64,000 bases of DNA, taken from contig CAIWSB010000089.1 of assembly GCA_903915225.1 (NCBI GenBank), positions 5,835 to 69,834 of the forward strand. Direction: 5' to 3'. Each line of letters begins with the position of its first letter. Positions within the stretch are counted from its first letter, which is position 1. A model generated the notes under the pieces. It did not search any database and had not been told where the DNA came from. It saw nothing but the letters and a program-made list of their open reading frames with translations. Shown one piece after another: positions 1-9,772 of this stretch. The DNA is from an uncultured Candidatus Woesearchaeota archaeon. Its GTDB lineage: Archaea > Nanobdellota > Nanobdellia > Woesearchaeales > B29-G15. The position numbers and the translations under genes were made by a program.

Positions 1-284
1 AGCAGAGGAATTGCACAGTGGTTCAGAGCGATGGCTTTGAGAATCTCAAGGGAGTTTTTGATGTTATTCTCCTAAACCCTCCTCAGACTGCAGGCAAGGA
101 TGTTTGCATAAAACTCATTGAGCAATCAAAAGCCCATCTTGCCAAGGGTGGGAGCCTGCAGATTGTCGCTAGGCACAATAAGGGGGGGAAAAGTTTATAT
201 AACATTATGACAGAATTGTTTGGAAATGGAACCGTCTTGAGCAAATCAGGCGGTTTTAGGGTTTACTCGTGTCACAATGCCTAA
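1..284 (+). CDS. Class I SAM-dependent methyltransferase (MTS/RsmC-like), C-terminal fragment. The gene starts upstream of the window.
   Basis: ORF 18..284 runs open to the window start. It contains a ...VILLNPPQ... motif resembling motif IV (N/D-PP-F/H/Q) of N-methyltransferases, plus a GGSLQIV Rossmann strand. Confidence 0.5.
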   Translation, partial: QRNCTVVQSDGFENLKGVFDVILLNPPQTAGKDVCIKLIEQSKAHLAKGGSLQIVARHNKGGKSLYNIMTELFGNGTVLSKSGGFRVYSCHNA

Positions 285-459
285 GAAATGCGTTATTTGC
301 GGCGATAGTGCGGTCTTCCAGATAAAGGGGACCAACAACTACTATTGCGAATCCTGTGCCGAGGCTCTTTTTAGCGATACAAAGCTTCTTGTGAAGGTTG
401 AGGAAGAGGCACAAGCCTTTAAGAAATTCTTGGACCAGCAGAGTGAAGAGCAGGACTAA
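277..459 (+). CDS. Small zinc-ribbon protein (CxxC...CxxC), 60 aa.
   Basis: Protein contains CVICGD...YYCESC. Its start overlaps the upstream stop (ATGCCTAA), which suggests translational coupling. Confidence 0.45.
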   Translation: MPKKCVICGDSAVFQIKGTNNYYCESCAEALFSDTKLLVKVEEEAQAFKKFLDQQSEEQD

Positions 460-815
460 AGCTCATCAACTGTTTCCTTATTCAGCCCAACCAAGCGTAT
501 GCCCACGCCCAGTTTTAGTAGGCTTGAGAGAAGGGCCATGTGCTCCTTTCCCGTGCCTGAGACAATGTTCAGTGCAACCTCCATGCCCAGCGACTTGCCT
601 TTCAGCTGGGTGAGTATCTGCTGAGTTATCTCTGGGATTTCTTTTGTGTCATCAATTATAACAAAAGCAAGCTCACGTCCGGGGACTGAGAACCGCTCTG
701 CGCCGAAGCTGTTTGTGACAAGCATTACCTGCTCCCATTCCTGCTTTTTCACGAGCTCAATTATGTAGGTCCAGGAGCCTTTGCCTGCGCCCAGAGATGC
801 AATGAGAATTGTCAT
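456..815 (-). CDS. Hypothetical small Rossmann-like protein. It weakly resembles a CARF/Csa3 N-terminal domain.
   Basis: 119 aa ORF with the pattern MTILIASLGAGKG...NIVSGTGKEHMALLSSLLKLGVGIRLV. I have no decisive motif. Confidence 0.35.
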   Translation of the reverse strand: MTILIASLGAGKGSWTYIIELVKKQEWEQVMLVTNSFGAERFSVPGRELAFVIIDDTKEIPEITQQILTQLKGKSLGMEVALNIVSGTGKEHMALLSSLLKLGVGIRLVGLNKETVDEL

Positions 816-1178
816 ATGTAGCGTGATATTTGGAGTCTATATAAATTTTTTCCACAGCCTATAGAAATATAATCAACTGCTAAGAGATATAACTGGGTTA
901 TAAACCCATAAAAACCAAGTTTTATCTTTGCGTGAATTTCTCGTCGAGAATTCAAAATTCCATATATATAGGTATATAACTTTTATATGTAGAAATATTT
1001 TCGGAATCCTAATTCAGAGCCCATTCATTGCAGATGTCCACATAAAAGTTCAAGCTCTTTGAAGATTACACTCATCTGCGATATAGATTGTTTTTTCATT
1101 AATCATAAAATATACTACTTAGTAATAGTAAAAATAGTTAGATTTATAAATTAGCCAAATATCCCACTGTGAAGGTGA

Positions 1179-2177
1179 TTGATTATGGCAAATCTAGATG
1201 AAATCTTGGTCGCAATGAAAACTAATGATATGGTCGTGGCTGCAACTGAACTACCAGAAAGGATTGGGAATTTTGGCAAACTCTTTGCAGGTGCTCTTGG
1301 GAAGACTTCTGGCAAGCTGATTGACATCTATACCCAAATGTTCTCTGAGTTGTCTGCCGGAAAGTCGGCTGATGAAGTGAAAAAAGCAATCAGGAGGAGA
1401 ATCAACCAGGAGTCAAAGATGGAGTTCAAGGCCCCGTTCTCAGCCCAAAAAGTCGCAAGGAATTGCGGGCTGGTGGCAATCAGGGATTCAGGGTTTTTCG
1501 ATGCAGAAGTGGAGCTTTACGAGAGGCTGAGGCAGGACATTGGTGAAGGGGATTTGTTGCAGGACGCAAGAGCTGCGGCTGCGACACACCCTGAGACTTA
1601 CTCTCAACTGCTGGAGGCAAAGCAGCAGGCAGTTTATGATTTCGGCGTGCTCATGGGCACAGTTTCCGACAGGGATCGCTTCAAAGAGATAACTGGCACG
1701 ATGCCAGATAAGATGGCTAAATTCTTCGGAATAGTTTCCAGGCGCCACTCAGGAAAAATAATCAGCTGGCCACTGCCTTTCAAGAGATTTTCAAACTCTA
1801 TCAGGCAAGGGCTTGTGTTTGACAGGTTGAGCTATGAGCTTCAGCAAGGGCTTGGCAGGGACTTCGGGTTTGTGAACCCAGAAGAAAGGAAGGACAAGCT
1901 GGCTGAAATTGTGGACAAAGCACCAAAGTTTGATTCAAGCGCAAACCCTATCAAGAGATGGCAGGCAATCTCTGCTGCCACTACAGCAATGGTTTATCTT
2001 GCCAATATGGGGCCTCAGCTGGCTAAGGTCCAGCAGATGGGATTCTCTGAAGCGAACCCTTGCCTTGCAGCAACTTTAATCGGAGCAACAGTGGCATCAT
2101 TGTGCGGGCAAAATGTGAATACGAATAATGTTTCAGAATATAGTTTAACTGTGTACTCAACACTCACCACGACATGA
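1179..2177 (+). CDS. Hypothetical protein, 332 aa.
   Basis: Long ORF preceded by a 360-nt AT-rich intergenic region. I recognise no motif. Confidence 0.5.
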   Translation: MIMANLDEILVAMKTNDMVVAATELPERIGNFGKLFAGALGKTSGKLIDIYTQMFSELSAGKSADEVKKAIRRRINQESKMEFKAPFSAQKVARNCGLVAIRDSGFFDAEVELYERLRQDIGEGDLLQDARAAAATHPETYSQLLEAKQQAVYDFGVLMGTVSDRDRFKEITGTMPDKMAKFFGIVSRRHSGKIISWPLPFKRFSNSIRQGLVFDRLSYELQQGLGRDFGFVNPEERKDKLAEIVDKAPKFDSSANPIKRWQAISAATTAMVYLANMGPQLAKVQQMGFSEANPCLAATLIGATVASLCGQNVNTNNVSEYSLTVYSTLTTT

Positions 2178-2187
2178 ACTTAAGGAA

Positions 2188-3378
2188 TCACTTAACAACA
2201 TCCACCTTAACAATCTCTCCCGGCAGTGTTGTCGTGCCGGGCCAGAGCTTTCTCCCCGGATAGATAGAAGTGTTTATGCCGGTATGGACATTGTCCCCAA
2301 TAATTGCACCCAGCTTCCTGCGGCCAGTGTCAACTAAGGTGCCATTGATTATTGACTTAATATTGGCATTGTCATGCCTCCAGTTTGCTGTCTTTGTGCC
2401 TGCACCCAAATTGACGTTGTTCCCCAGAATGGAATCACCTATATAGCAGAAATGGCAGCCATTAACCCCATTCATGATTATTGAGTTTTTTATCTCAGCG
2501 CAGTTCTTTATTTTGGTATTATTCCCAATTGTTGTGGAACCCCGGATGTAGCAGTTGGGGCCGATTACTGAGTTCTCTCCCACCAAAACATCCCCCTCAA
2601 TATAAGCTCCTGCCTTGACAACAGAGCCTTTGCCGAGAATCAGCTTTCCGTGATTTGTCACCCCTGGCTCAACAGTGCCCTCAATCTTTGAGGGGAGCTT
2701 CCCCAGCACAGCTGCATTTGCATCAAGGAGCTTCCATGAGTGGCTGATGGGCAGCCATAAACCTTTTGCAGTCAGATACGTAACCTCATTTTTCTTTGCA
2801 TATGAATTCACTGCATCTGTGAATTCCAGCTCGCCTCGAAGGCTTGGCCTGAGGGATTTCACACAGCCAATAATCTCCGGCTTGAAAACATAGGCTGCTG
2901 TGTTTGCGAGATTGCATCTTGGATGGCTTGGCTTTTCAATAATCCCCTTGAGCCTTTTTCCAATTGAATCAATTATGCCAAAGAACTGTGGCTGGTCAAC
3001 TTTGCTCACCAGAACGCAGTCTTCCTTCCCAACGAGAGCTTTTATGTCCTCTTTTGAATATAAATCATCACCATTCATCAAAATGAATTTTTCCTTAACG
3101 AATGGCGCAAGCTGCTTTACAGCATCCCCCGTACCCCGCATACCCTTCTGCTCAAAATATGTAATAGAAATATTACGGTATTTATCACCAATGGCTTGCT
3201 TGACCATGTCCGCCTGATAGCCTACAACAATTATTACCTCCTTAACAAGCCCAACAAGCACATCGAGGTTGTAGAAAATTAGCGGGCGGTTTGCTATTGG
3301 GAGGAGGGGCTTGGGGCAAGTTAGAGTAAGCGGGTAACATCTTGTTGATTTTCCTGCTGCCAATATAATTGCTTGCAT
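2188..3378 (-). CDS. glmU: Bifunctional sugar-1-phosphate nucleotidylyltransferase/acetyltransferase (archaeal GlmU-like; GlcN-1-P acetyltransferase / GlcNAc-1-P uridylyltransferase).
   Basis: The N-terminus MQAIILAAGKSTRCYP matches the nucleotidyltransferase G-x-G-T-R motif. The C-terminal half has left-handed beta-helix hexapeptide repeats (IGPNCYIRGSTTIGNNTKIKN...). I take the start as the ATG at 3378, 78 nt downstream of the ORF-track start, so it abuts the glmM stop at 3380. Confidence 0.8.
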   Translation of the reverse strand: MQAIILAAGKSTRCYPLTLTCPKPLLPIANRPLIFYNLDVLVGLVKEVIIVVGYQADMVKQAIGDKYRNISITYFEQKGMRGTGDAVKQLAPFVKEKFILMNGDDLYSKEDIKALVGKEDCVLVSKVDQPQFFGIIDSIGKRLKGIIEKPSHPRCNLANTAAYVFKPEIIGCVKSLRPSLRGELEFTDAVNSYAKKNEVTYLTAKGLWLPISHSWKLLDANAAVLGKLPSKIEGTVEPGVTNHGKLILGKGSVVKAGAYIEGDVLVGENSVIGPNCYIRGSTTIGNNTKIKNCAEIKNSIIMNGVNGCHFCYIGDSILGNNVNLGAGTKTANWRHDNANIKSIINGTLVDTGRRKLGAIIGDNVHTGINTSIYPGRKLWPGTTTLPGEIVKVDVVK

Positions 3379-3379
3379 C

Positions 3380-4690
3380 TTAGCACAACCCCTTGCGTAT
3401 AGCGTTTGCAATATTCTCTGCCAGGGGCTTAATAAGTTTTTCTGATTCGCCCTCAATCATGACCCTTGCCATGGGCTGAGTACCAGAGTACCTAACAAAA
3501 ACTCGCCCGAGTGTACCCAATTTGTTTTCTGCTGCTTTCATTGCATCCATAACCTGAGGAAGTTTTTCCAATGGAGGCTTCTCCTTGACATCCACATTTA
3601 TTAGAACCTGGGGGAAATCTTTCACCGTGTTTGCCTCTGAAAGCCTTCTTTTTCCGAGTGCCTCAAGAGTGGCCAATGCTGTGACTATGCCGTTGCCTGT
3701 TGTCTCGTAATCGCTCAGGACAATGTGCCCTGATTTCTCTCCGCCGAGGTTCAAGCGGGCTTGCCTCATGCGCTCTGCAACAAACCTGTCGCCTGTGTCA
3801 ACAAATTCAATCTTAATGCCCTTTTCAGTTAGTATCTTACTCAAAGCCAGGTTGGAGTATTGGGTTGCAATAATCTTAGCACCCCGCAATTTTCTACGCT
3901 GCCACCAGTTGATTGCCAGTAGAGCCATGATTGCATCACCATCAACCTTGTTGCCATTCTCATCAACCATAATAATCCGGTCGCCATCACCATCAAATGC
4001 TATCCCAATATCAGCTTTATTCTTGAGCACAGCAGCCCGGAGCTTTTTGATGTCTCCTGCACCGCAACCCTCATTTATGTTAACTCCATCTGGCTCATTG
4101 CTGATTGTTATTGGCTTTGCACCAAAGGCCTCAAAAATCATTGGGGCGAGAGTACAAGTTGCACCATTGGCTAGGTCCAGGACTATCTTGAGCTTCGAAA
4201 GGTTGAGCTTGAATTGGGATTTTAGCCGGGCTATGTACTGCTCTTGCCATGCAACTATGTAGTAGACTGAGCCCACGCTGCTGGGGCCAGATGATTCCTT
4301 GGATTCGACCTGCTTTGAAAAATTATCCTCTTCTGCAAGGCTCAGCTTGTAGCCGCTGTTGTTGAAAATCTTGACGCCGTTGTCGTGCCAAGGATTATGT
4401 GATGCTGAAACCATAACCCCGCAGGGGGCCTTGTACTGCCTGACAAGATGTGCCAGAACAGGTGTGGGTATGACATCTGCGAGCAAAACGCTTCGACCGG
4501 TGGAGGTTATCCCTGAAACCAGAGCAGTTGAGATCATTGTTGTGCTGAGCCTTGGGTCACCACCAAGTATCACCATGCCATTGCCTTTGAAGAAAACCCC
4601 AATTGCGCGGCCTATCGACGTGAGGTATGCAGGCACCAATGGAAACTCATTTGCCCGGCCGCGAATCCCATCTGTGCCGAAGAGATTCAT
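3380..4690 (-). CDS. glmM: Phosphoglucosamine mutase / phosphomannomutase family (GlmM).
   Basis: N-terminus MNLFGTDGIRG and the active-site serine loop SASHNP place it in the alpha-D-phosphohexomutase family. It overlaps glmS by 4 nt. Confidence 0.85.
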   Translation of the reverse strand: MNLFGTDGIRGRANEFPLVPAYLTSIGRAIGVFFKGNGMVILGGDPRLSTTMISTALVSGITSTGRSVLLADVIPTPVLAHLVRQYKAPCGVMVSASHNPWHDNGVKIFNNSGYKLSLAEEDNFSKQVESKESSGPSSVGSVYYIVAWQEQYIARLKSQFKLNLSKLKIVLDLANGATCTLAPMIFEAFGAKPITISNEPDGVNINEGCGAGDIKKLRAAVLKNKADIGIAFDGDGDRIIMVDENGNKVDGDAIMALLAINWWQRRKLRGAKIIATQYSNLALSKILTEKGIKIEFVDTGDRFVAERMRQARLNLGGEKSGHIVLSDYETTGNGIVTALATLEALGKRRLSEANTVKDFPQVLINVDVKEKPPLEKLPQVMDAMKAAENKLGTLGRVFVRYSGTQPMARVMIEGESEKLIKPLAENIANAIRKGLC

Positions 4691-6423
4691 TTCACAGTCA
4701 CGCTCTTGGCAAGGTTTCGCGGCTTGTCTATTGGCAGCCCGTTCAGCTTGGCAATGTGGTATGCCAGGAGATGCCCTATTATTGTCGATACTATGGAATA
4801 TTCCTCCTCATTCAGGCCATCGGGCAGCATGAAGTCTTTGGAGTGGTTGCCAATCTTATAAACATCTGCCCCACGGGCCTGGACCTCGCGCAGTGCTGAA
4901 TCCATCCTATCCCTATTGGATTCATGAACCAGGCCTATTACCGGGACCCCTGGCTCAATCAGTGCTATTGTGCCGTGTTTCAGTTCGCCTGCCATCATGC
5001 CCTCTGCATGCACATAGCTAATCTCCTTCAGCTTCAGTGCAATCTCACGGGCAATGGGATAGCTCACGCGGTGGCCGAGCACGAAAATGTCATGCTTGTC
5101 CTTGAGCTTTTTTGCCAGGCGCTTGACATTGGATTCATTTTCTGAAATCACTTCCTCAATTATGGAGGGTATCCTATCAAGGACAATGTGATTCCTCAGC
5201 ACGCGGGCGAGCTCGTAGATTGCCACAAGTGTATTTGTAAATGTTTTTGTGGCTGCAACACAAATCTCCTGCCCTGCCATTATCTCAATGTAATTATCAG
5301 CCATGCGATGGACACTCGAATAAGGATAGTTCACAATTGCAATTATCTTTGGATTGAAGCGCTTTATGTCCTTCAGCACTGTGATTACATCCATTGTTTC
5401 CCCTGATTGGGAGACTGCAAACACAACAGTGTCCTTGTCAATGATTGAGAAATCCTCAAACTCTGAGGCAATCACAGCGTGGGCCTCGAAGCCGAGCCTG
5501 CTGAGCAGGTATGAGCCTATCAGGGCTGCATGGTATGATGTCCCGCAGGCAAGGAAAAATATTCGCTTGCATCCGCGCACCATGTCTGCTATTTCACCCA
5601 TGCGCTTTGCCTGGGTGGTTTTTAGTGAATGAAGCAACCGTTCAACTGCAGCAGGCTGCTCGCATATTTCCTTCAGCATGAAATGATCAAAATGTTTCTT
5701 AATGACTGGTTCACGCTCCCATTGGATTTGGACAGGCTCCTTTTTCATTGGGCCGCTCATGCCAAAAAATTGGAAACCCTGCGGTGAGACCTCGGCCATC
5801 TCATAATCCTCAAAGAAAATCACCCTGTCTGTTTCATGCGAGAAAGCGTAGATGTCCGATGCAACAAACACTCGGCCTTTGGAGACACCCAGACAGAGCG
5901 GCGAGTCCTTTTTCATTGCATATAGCTTATCGCTGCCAGTCTTGAAAAACACAACTGCATACGTGCCCTTGGCTGCCTTCATGAAATCACGCATTGCATC
6001 AATTGGTTTTGAGGTTTTCATGCGGTCATGGAGGAAGTTTACAATAACCTCAGTATCGGTTTCAGTCCTGAAAATGTAGCCCTTGGCCTCCAAGGCGGCC
6101 TTTAGCTCTAGGAAATTTTCAATAATGCCATTGTGCACCAGGAATACCTCTTTCTTGGCATCAAAATGGGGATGGGCGTTCTGTTTCGTGACGCCCCCAT
6201 GGGTTGCCCAGCGGGTGTGGGAGATGGCTGTCTTTGTGAGAAAATCTTTTTGGGTGGATCTCAAAAGGTTGTCAATGTCCCCAACCTCCTTGCCATAATT
6301 CCCTTCTGTTGTGGCAAACCCTGCGGAGTCATAACCACGATACTCAAGCTTCTTCAGGCCGAAGAGAAGGTCCTTCTTTACTGAGAATAGTTTTTCTGAA
6401 GTTATCGCAACAATTCCGCACAC
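4687..6423 (-). CDS. glmS: Glutamine--fructose-6-phosphate aminotransferase (GlmS).
   Basis: It has a class II glutamine amidotransferase N-terminus (CGIVAI...) followed by two SIS domains. The catalytic Cys must be residue 1 after Met removal. The codon directly before Cys is GTG (plus-strand cac at 6421-6423), so the likely start is GTG at 6423 rather than the upstream ATG at 6468. Confidence 0.85.
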   Translation of the reverse strand: MCGIVAITSEKLFSVKKDLLFGLKKLEYRGYDSAGFATTEGNYGKEVGDIDNLLRSTQKDFLTKTAISHTRWATHGGVTKQNAHPHFDAKKEVFLVHNGIIENFLELKAALEAKGYIFRTETDTEVIVNFLHDRMKTSKPIDAMRDFMKAAKGTYAVVFFKTGSDKLYAMKKDSPLCLGVSKGRVFVASDIYAFSHETDRVIFFEDYEMAEVSPQGFQFFGMSGPMKKEPVQIQWEREPVIKKHFDHFMLKEICEQPAAVERLLHSLKTTQAKRMGEIADMVRGCKRIFFLACGTSYHAALIGSYLLSRLGFEAHAVIASEFEDFSIIDKDTVVFAVSQSGETMDVITVLKDIKRFNPKIIAIVNYPYSSVHRMADNYIEIMAGQEICVAATKTFTNTLVAIYELARVLRNHIVLDRIPSIIEEVISENESNVKRLAKKLKDKHDIFVLGHRVSYPIAREIALKLKEISYVHAEGMMAGELKHGTIALIEPGVPVIGLVHESNRDRMDSALREVQARGADVYKIGNHSKDFMLPDGLNEEEYSIVSTIIGHLLAYHIAKLNGLPIDKPRNLAKSVTVK

Positions 6424-6639
6424 AATTTCCACCTCTTTATGGGATTCAACCAGTAATCTGGAACCCATATATATAACCTATTAAAAATTTATGTACACTG
6501 TTATAAAAGTTTTTTTAGGAGGTATTATAAAGGAAAGTAACTCCCCTTTAATAACAAAAAAGGGGGATGTACGTTTATATACAAGTTATTGTCTTACAGT
6601 GAAAATTAAATAACAAAAAATCAGAGAGAGGGGTGCACC

Positions 6640-7482
6640 ATGGCAAAAAAACCCGAGATTGAAGTCCCTGACGACAGGCTAACCGCTTTATTGCAAAAAT
6701 ATAATCTTAGTGAAGATGAACTTAAAGAGGTTCTAAGAAGCAATAGAAGATCACCGTCTAGAAAGCAGAAGTTGTCTTTGGCAACAGACCACGTAAAATA
6801 TGGATATTTTGCTGATCCTCATATCGGCCATGAGGCATTCAAGCCAGACCTCTGGGAGCTGATGTGCGAAAGGTTCAGGCAAGAGCATCTGGAATTTATT
6901 GTTGATGCAGGGGACCATCTTGAGGGGATGAGTGGACGCGATGGCCATGTCTTCGAGCTCACTAAGCTAGGGTTTCAGAGGCAGATGGAGTACGCAGTGG
7001 AGCTCTACGGCCAATTGCCTGCCCCTGTGTTTGGCATTGATGGGAACCATGATGATTGGTATGTAAGAAAGGGGAATTGCGGTGTTATTGTGGGAGAGGA
7101 ACTGCAGCGAAGGCTGCCGGACAGATACTTTCATCTAGGGCAGGGCGAAGGAGATATCGAAATAGCAAAGGGAGTTTCAATAAAGCTAGTCCACCCTAAT
7201 GACGGGACAGCCTATGCTGTGTCATACAAGCTCCAGAAGCTTATCGAGAGCTTTACAGGAGGAGAAAAGCCAAACATCCTGCATGAGGGGCACTACCACA
7301 AGGCCATGTACATGTTCAACAGGAACATCCATGCCTTTGAGTGCGGGACGCTCTGCGGGCAGACCCCATTCATGCGAGGCAAGAAAATCCCGGCGCACAT
7401 GGGCTTTGGGATTGTGGATGTCTACCTTGAGAAGCGCGGTGTGAACCGGCTTGTCATGGAATTCGTTCCGTATTACGAATAA
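6640..7482 (+). CDS. Calcineurin-like metallophosphoesterase.
   Basis: Motifs DPHIGH, GDHLE, GNHDD and GHYH are present. A GGGGTG Shine-Dalgarno-like sequence sits 5 nt upstream of the ATG. Confidence 0.7.
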   Translation: MAKKPEIEVPDDRLTALLQKYNLSEDELKEVLRSNRRSPSRKQKLSLATDHVKYGYFADPHIGHEAFKPDLWELMCERFRQEHLEFIVDAGDHLEGMSGRDGHVFELTKLGFQRQMEYAVELYGQLPAPVFGIDGNHDDWYVRKGNCGVIVGEELQRRLPDRYFHLGQGEGDIEIAKGVSIKLVHPNDGTAYAVSYKLQKLIESFTGGEKPNILHEGHYHKAMYMFNRNIHAFECGTLCGQTPFMRGKKIPAHMGFGIVDVYLEKRGVNRLVMEFVPYYE

Positions 7483-7541
7483 AAATTTTACTGGCAGGCC
7501 CGCAAACCTGCCAAATTCTTTTTAATTCTTAGAAATTTTCT

Positions 7542-7667
7542 TTTTGTTATAGCAGTAGTCGTGGCGCCGCTGGGGCGGGGGTTGTCCAGAGGTATCCGAT
7601 GGACACCAGAGATTCCGAATCTCTGAGTGTCCCTTGCGGGGTGCACCAGGAGGAGCAATAGCGACGA
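7542..7667. repeat. Divergent, longer copy (copy E) of the intergenic structured repeat family, in the same orientation as copy C.
   Basis: It begins AGCAGTAGTCGTGGCGCCG...GGGGG and contains CCTTGCGGGGTG. Compare copy C, which has AGCAGCAACAATGGCGCCG...GGGGG...CCTACGGGGTG. Confidence 0.4.
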
Positions 7668-7753
7668 CGGCCGCCTTATCGTTATCACAGAAAAACAAAT
7701 TTCTAAATTAAGATTAGAATTGAATGAGAATCAAAGGAAGCACCTGAAAATCT

Positions 7754-7770
7754 GGGGGCACCCCTTTTTT
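7754..7770 (+). terminator. Putative hairpin plus oligo-T terminator.
   Basis: GGGGGCACCCC hairpin followed by TTTTTT, downstream of the 6640-7482 gene and of repeat copy E. Confidence 0.3.
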
Positions 7771-7807
7771 AAAAAACAAAGAAACCCTCGCTTAAAAAGG
7801 TTCCGCA

Positions 7808-8239
7808 TCAGTGCATCCCAAAAGCCGCCATTATTGCATGGATACCTTGGTAAACGAGGTGTGGTGCCTGGGCCACATGGACACCAAACGCCTGAACCAT
7901 GGGGGGCAGCACGTGGAGATTTAGGTGAAGATGCAGACCCTTGGATTCCAGATATCTTTTAACGCCCACTGCAGCCATGATATAAGGACCGGCATTTACA
8001 TAGTCATAAGGAACGTACCTATTAGCCAATGCTACCTCAATCATTGCATCATTGTAGAGCTCCCCTGTTTCTCTAAAAGGGTGCCTGGTAAACTCACGAA
8101 GATTAAAATGCTTAGATTCAGGTTTAGGTTCAGTCTTGTCCAACTTGCCCTCAAGTCCCGTAGGCTTATCGGACCCATCATCAGGGCCGATAAGGGCCGT
8201 GGAACAGAAGGCACCTATTGCAAGCAATATTAGTATCAT
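7808..8239 (-). CDS. Hypothetical secreted protein (N-terminal signal peptide).
   Basis: The protein starts with the hydrophobic leader MILILLAIGAFCSTALIG. I recognise no domain. Confidence 0.45.
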   Translation of the reverse strand: MILILLAIGAFCSTALIGPDDGSDKPTGLEGKLDKTEPKPESKHFNLREFTRHPFRETGELYNDAMIEVALANRYVPYDYVNAGPYIMAAVGVKRYLESKGLHLHLNLHVLPPMVQAFGVHVAQAPHLVYQGIHAIMAAFGMH

Positions 8240-8461
8240 TATTTTATCACCTTTATTTTTATTACTATTAAGGGGTAATTTATAAATATAACGGTTGCTG
8301 ACAAAAATGCAGAGTTTTTGAATGTTTTTCGGTTTTTATTGTTTAAAAGCGCAAAATATCCACAAATTTCCAGAGAAGTGTCAAAATTCATTTATAAATA
8401 ATGAAATATTTCCGGAATTTTCCTAAGAAATTTTAATAAGAATTGTTGTGGCCTAGATGCC

Positions 8462-9772
8462 ATGAAAACACCAAAAATACTCGGGATGGTTCTGGTTTTT
8501 ATCCTGGCAACAACCTGCGTCTGGGCTAGGTCCAATGTGCTCATAACCGAAGTGATGTACAACCCCATTGGGACTGAGAACGGGCTTGAGTATGTTGAGC
8601 TGTTCAACCAAAATGATGTGCCTGTCAATATAGGCGGTTGGATTATATCATCAAGCTCCTATGACACAGATGCCACAATACCAAACGGCACAGTAATCCC
8701 GGCAAAATCCCATTTCCTGATTGCCGATGAGGGTTTCGCATTGTCGAAACCTGCCTCATGGCCTCTTGCAGATCATGAAGAGGCGCTCACCTTAAGCAAT
8801 ACTGCGGGGGGTGTGGCCCTTGTTGGCTCAACTGTCGTGGAAGACAGCGTTGGGTGGGGTCCTGTGAGCAACCCGAAGCTCTTCGAGGGCAGCCCTGCCG
8901 CACTTGGAGATGAGGGGCTAAGCTTGACTCGAGAAAAAAGTGGCGATGCGTACATAGACACAGGCAACAACTCCAAAGATTTCACATATCAGCAGCCAAG
9001 CCCGAGCAACTCAATCGGGCAATTGGGGCCGAACAAGGATTTGGCAATAGAACTCACTATTGAGGATTCTGCTCCAGATATCCTCTATGTCAATGTAACT
9101 GATGAAGCACCTGAAAAGTCGGGCATACAAGTTTTCCCCGCGCCGGGGCAAACAAAGAACCTGGAAGTCGCTGTTGGGGTTCGTGATTTGTCCGGGGATA
9201 TAAAAGGGGTGGGGCTAGGGTTTGACAATATCTCACTAAACCTCACAGATGTGGTTAATGAAACCCAACCCACGAGAGTATATTCCGGGAAGATACCAAT
9301 AAATTACCACATTACCCCTGGATTACATTATATTACAGTAACTGCATGTGACTCCGGCGACTGCGCAACCTCAACAATTGGCATTGATATCGGTGAGGTG
9401 CTGGCCTTCAATGTCGACACCACAAAGATCTCAATTGACACAAATCTCGGCGGGTCTTACCAGCTGATTGGCGACCTAGACCCGAGCACTCCTGCAAAGC
9501 CCACTTTGCAAAACACTGGCAACAGCCCCCTTAATCTAATGGTTTCCACAAACGGACTGCAGCTAAACCAGAGCCAGATCCCTCCAAGTGCAATAAGTGT
9601 GCAAATATCCCGGGCAGAGCCAGTTGAGTTTTTTGAGCTCTCATCAAACTATCTCACAACAGAATCCCTGGCTGTGAAGGGCATACTGAGATTATCCTTG
9701 CGCTTTGATTTACCGAGAACCCTAGTGCCGGGAGTCTATAACGGGCACATCACGCTCACAGCTGTAAAATGA
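8462..9772 (+). CDS. Secreted protein with an N-terminal lamin-tail-domain (LTD)-like module.
   Basis: Signal peptide MKTPKILGMVLVFILATTCVWA. Following it is SNVLITEVMYNP...GLEYVELFNQNDVPVNIGGWII...SHFLIA, typical of LTD (PF00932-like). Confidence 0.6.
   Translation: MKTPKILGMVLVFILATTCVWARSNVLITEVMYNPIGTENGLEYVELFNQNDVPVNIGGWIISSSSYDTDATIPNGTVIPAKSHFLIADEGFALSKPASWPLADHEEALTLSNTAGGVALVGSTVVEDSVGWGPVSNPKLFEGSPAALGDEGLSLTREKSGDAYIDTGNNSKDFTYQQPSPSNSIGQLGPNKDLAIELTIEDSAPDILYVNVTDEAPEKSGIQVFPAPGQTKNLEVAVGVRDLSGDIKGVGLGFDNISLNLTDVVNETQPTRVYSGKIPINYHITPGLHYITVTACDSGDCATSTIGIDIGEVLAFNVDTTKISIDTNLGGSYQLIGDLDPSTPAKPTLQNTGNSPLNLMVSTNGLQLNQSQIPPSAISVQISRAEPVEFFELSSNYLTTESLAVKGILRLSLRFDLPRTLVPGVYNGHITLTAVK

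Noticed and set aside
820-1178. 360-nt AT-rich intergenic region, considered as a possible replication origin.
   Set aside because: There is no adjacent cdc6/orc1 gene and I see no repeated ORB/mini-ORB elements. It is more likely promoter/UTR sequence for the 1179 gene.
7542-7667. Considered whether element E is a tRNA, an SRP RNA or a C/D box sRNA.
   Set aside because: It has no cloverleaf, no T-loop, and no conserved SRP helix-8 motif. Only a weak C-box-like CGATGGA/CTGA pair is present. Similarity to the repeat family is the better explanation.
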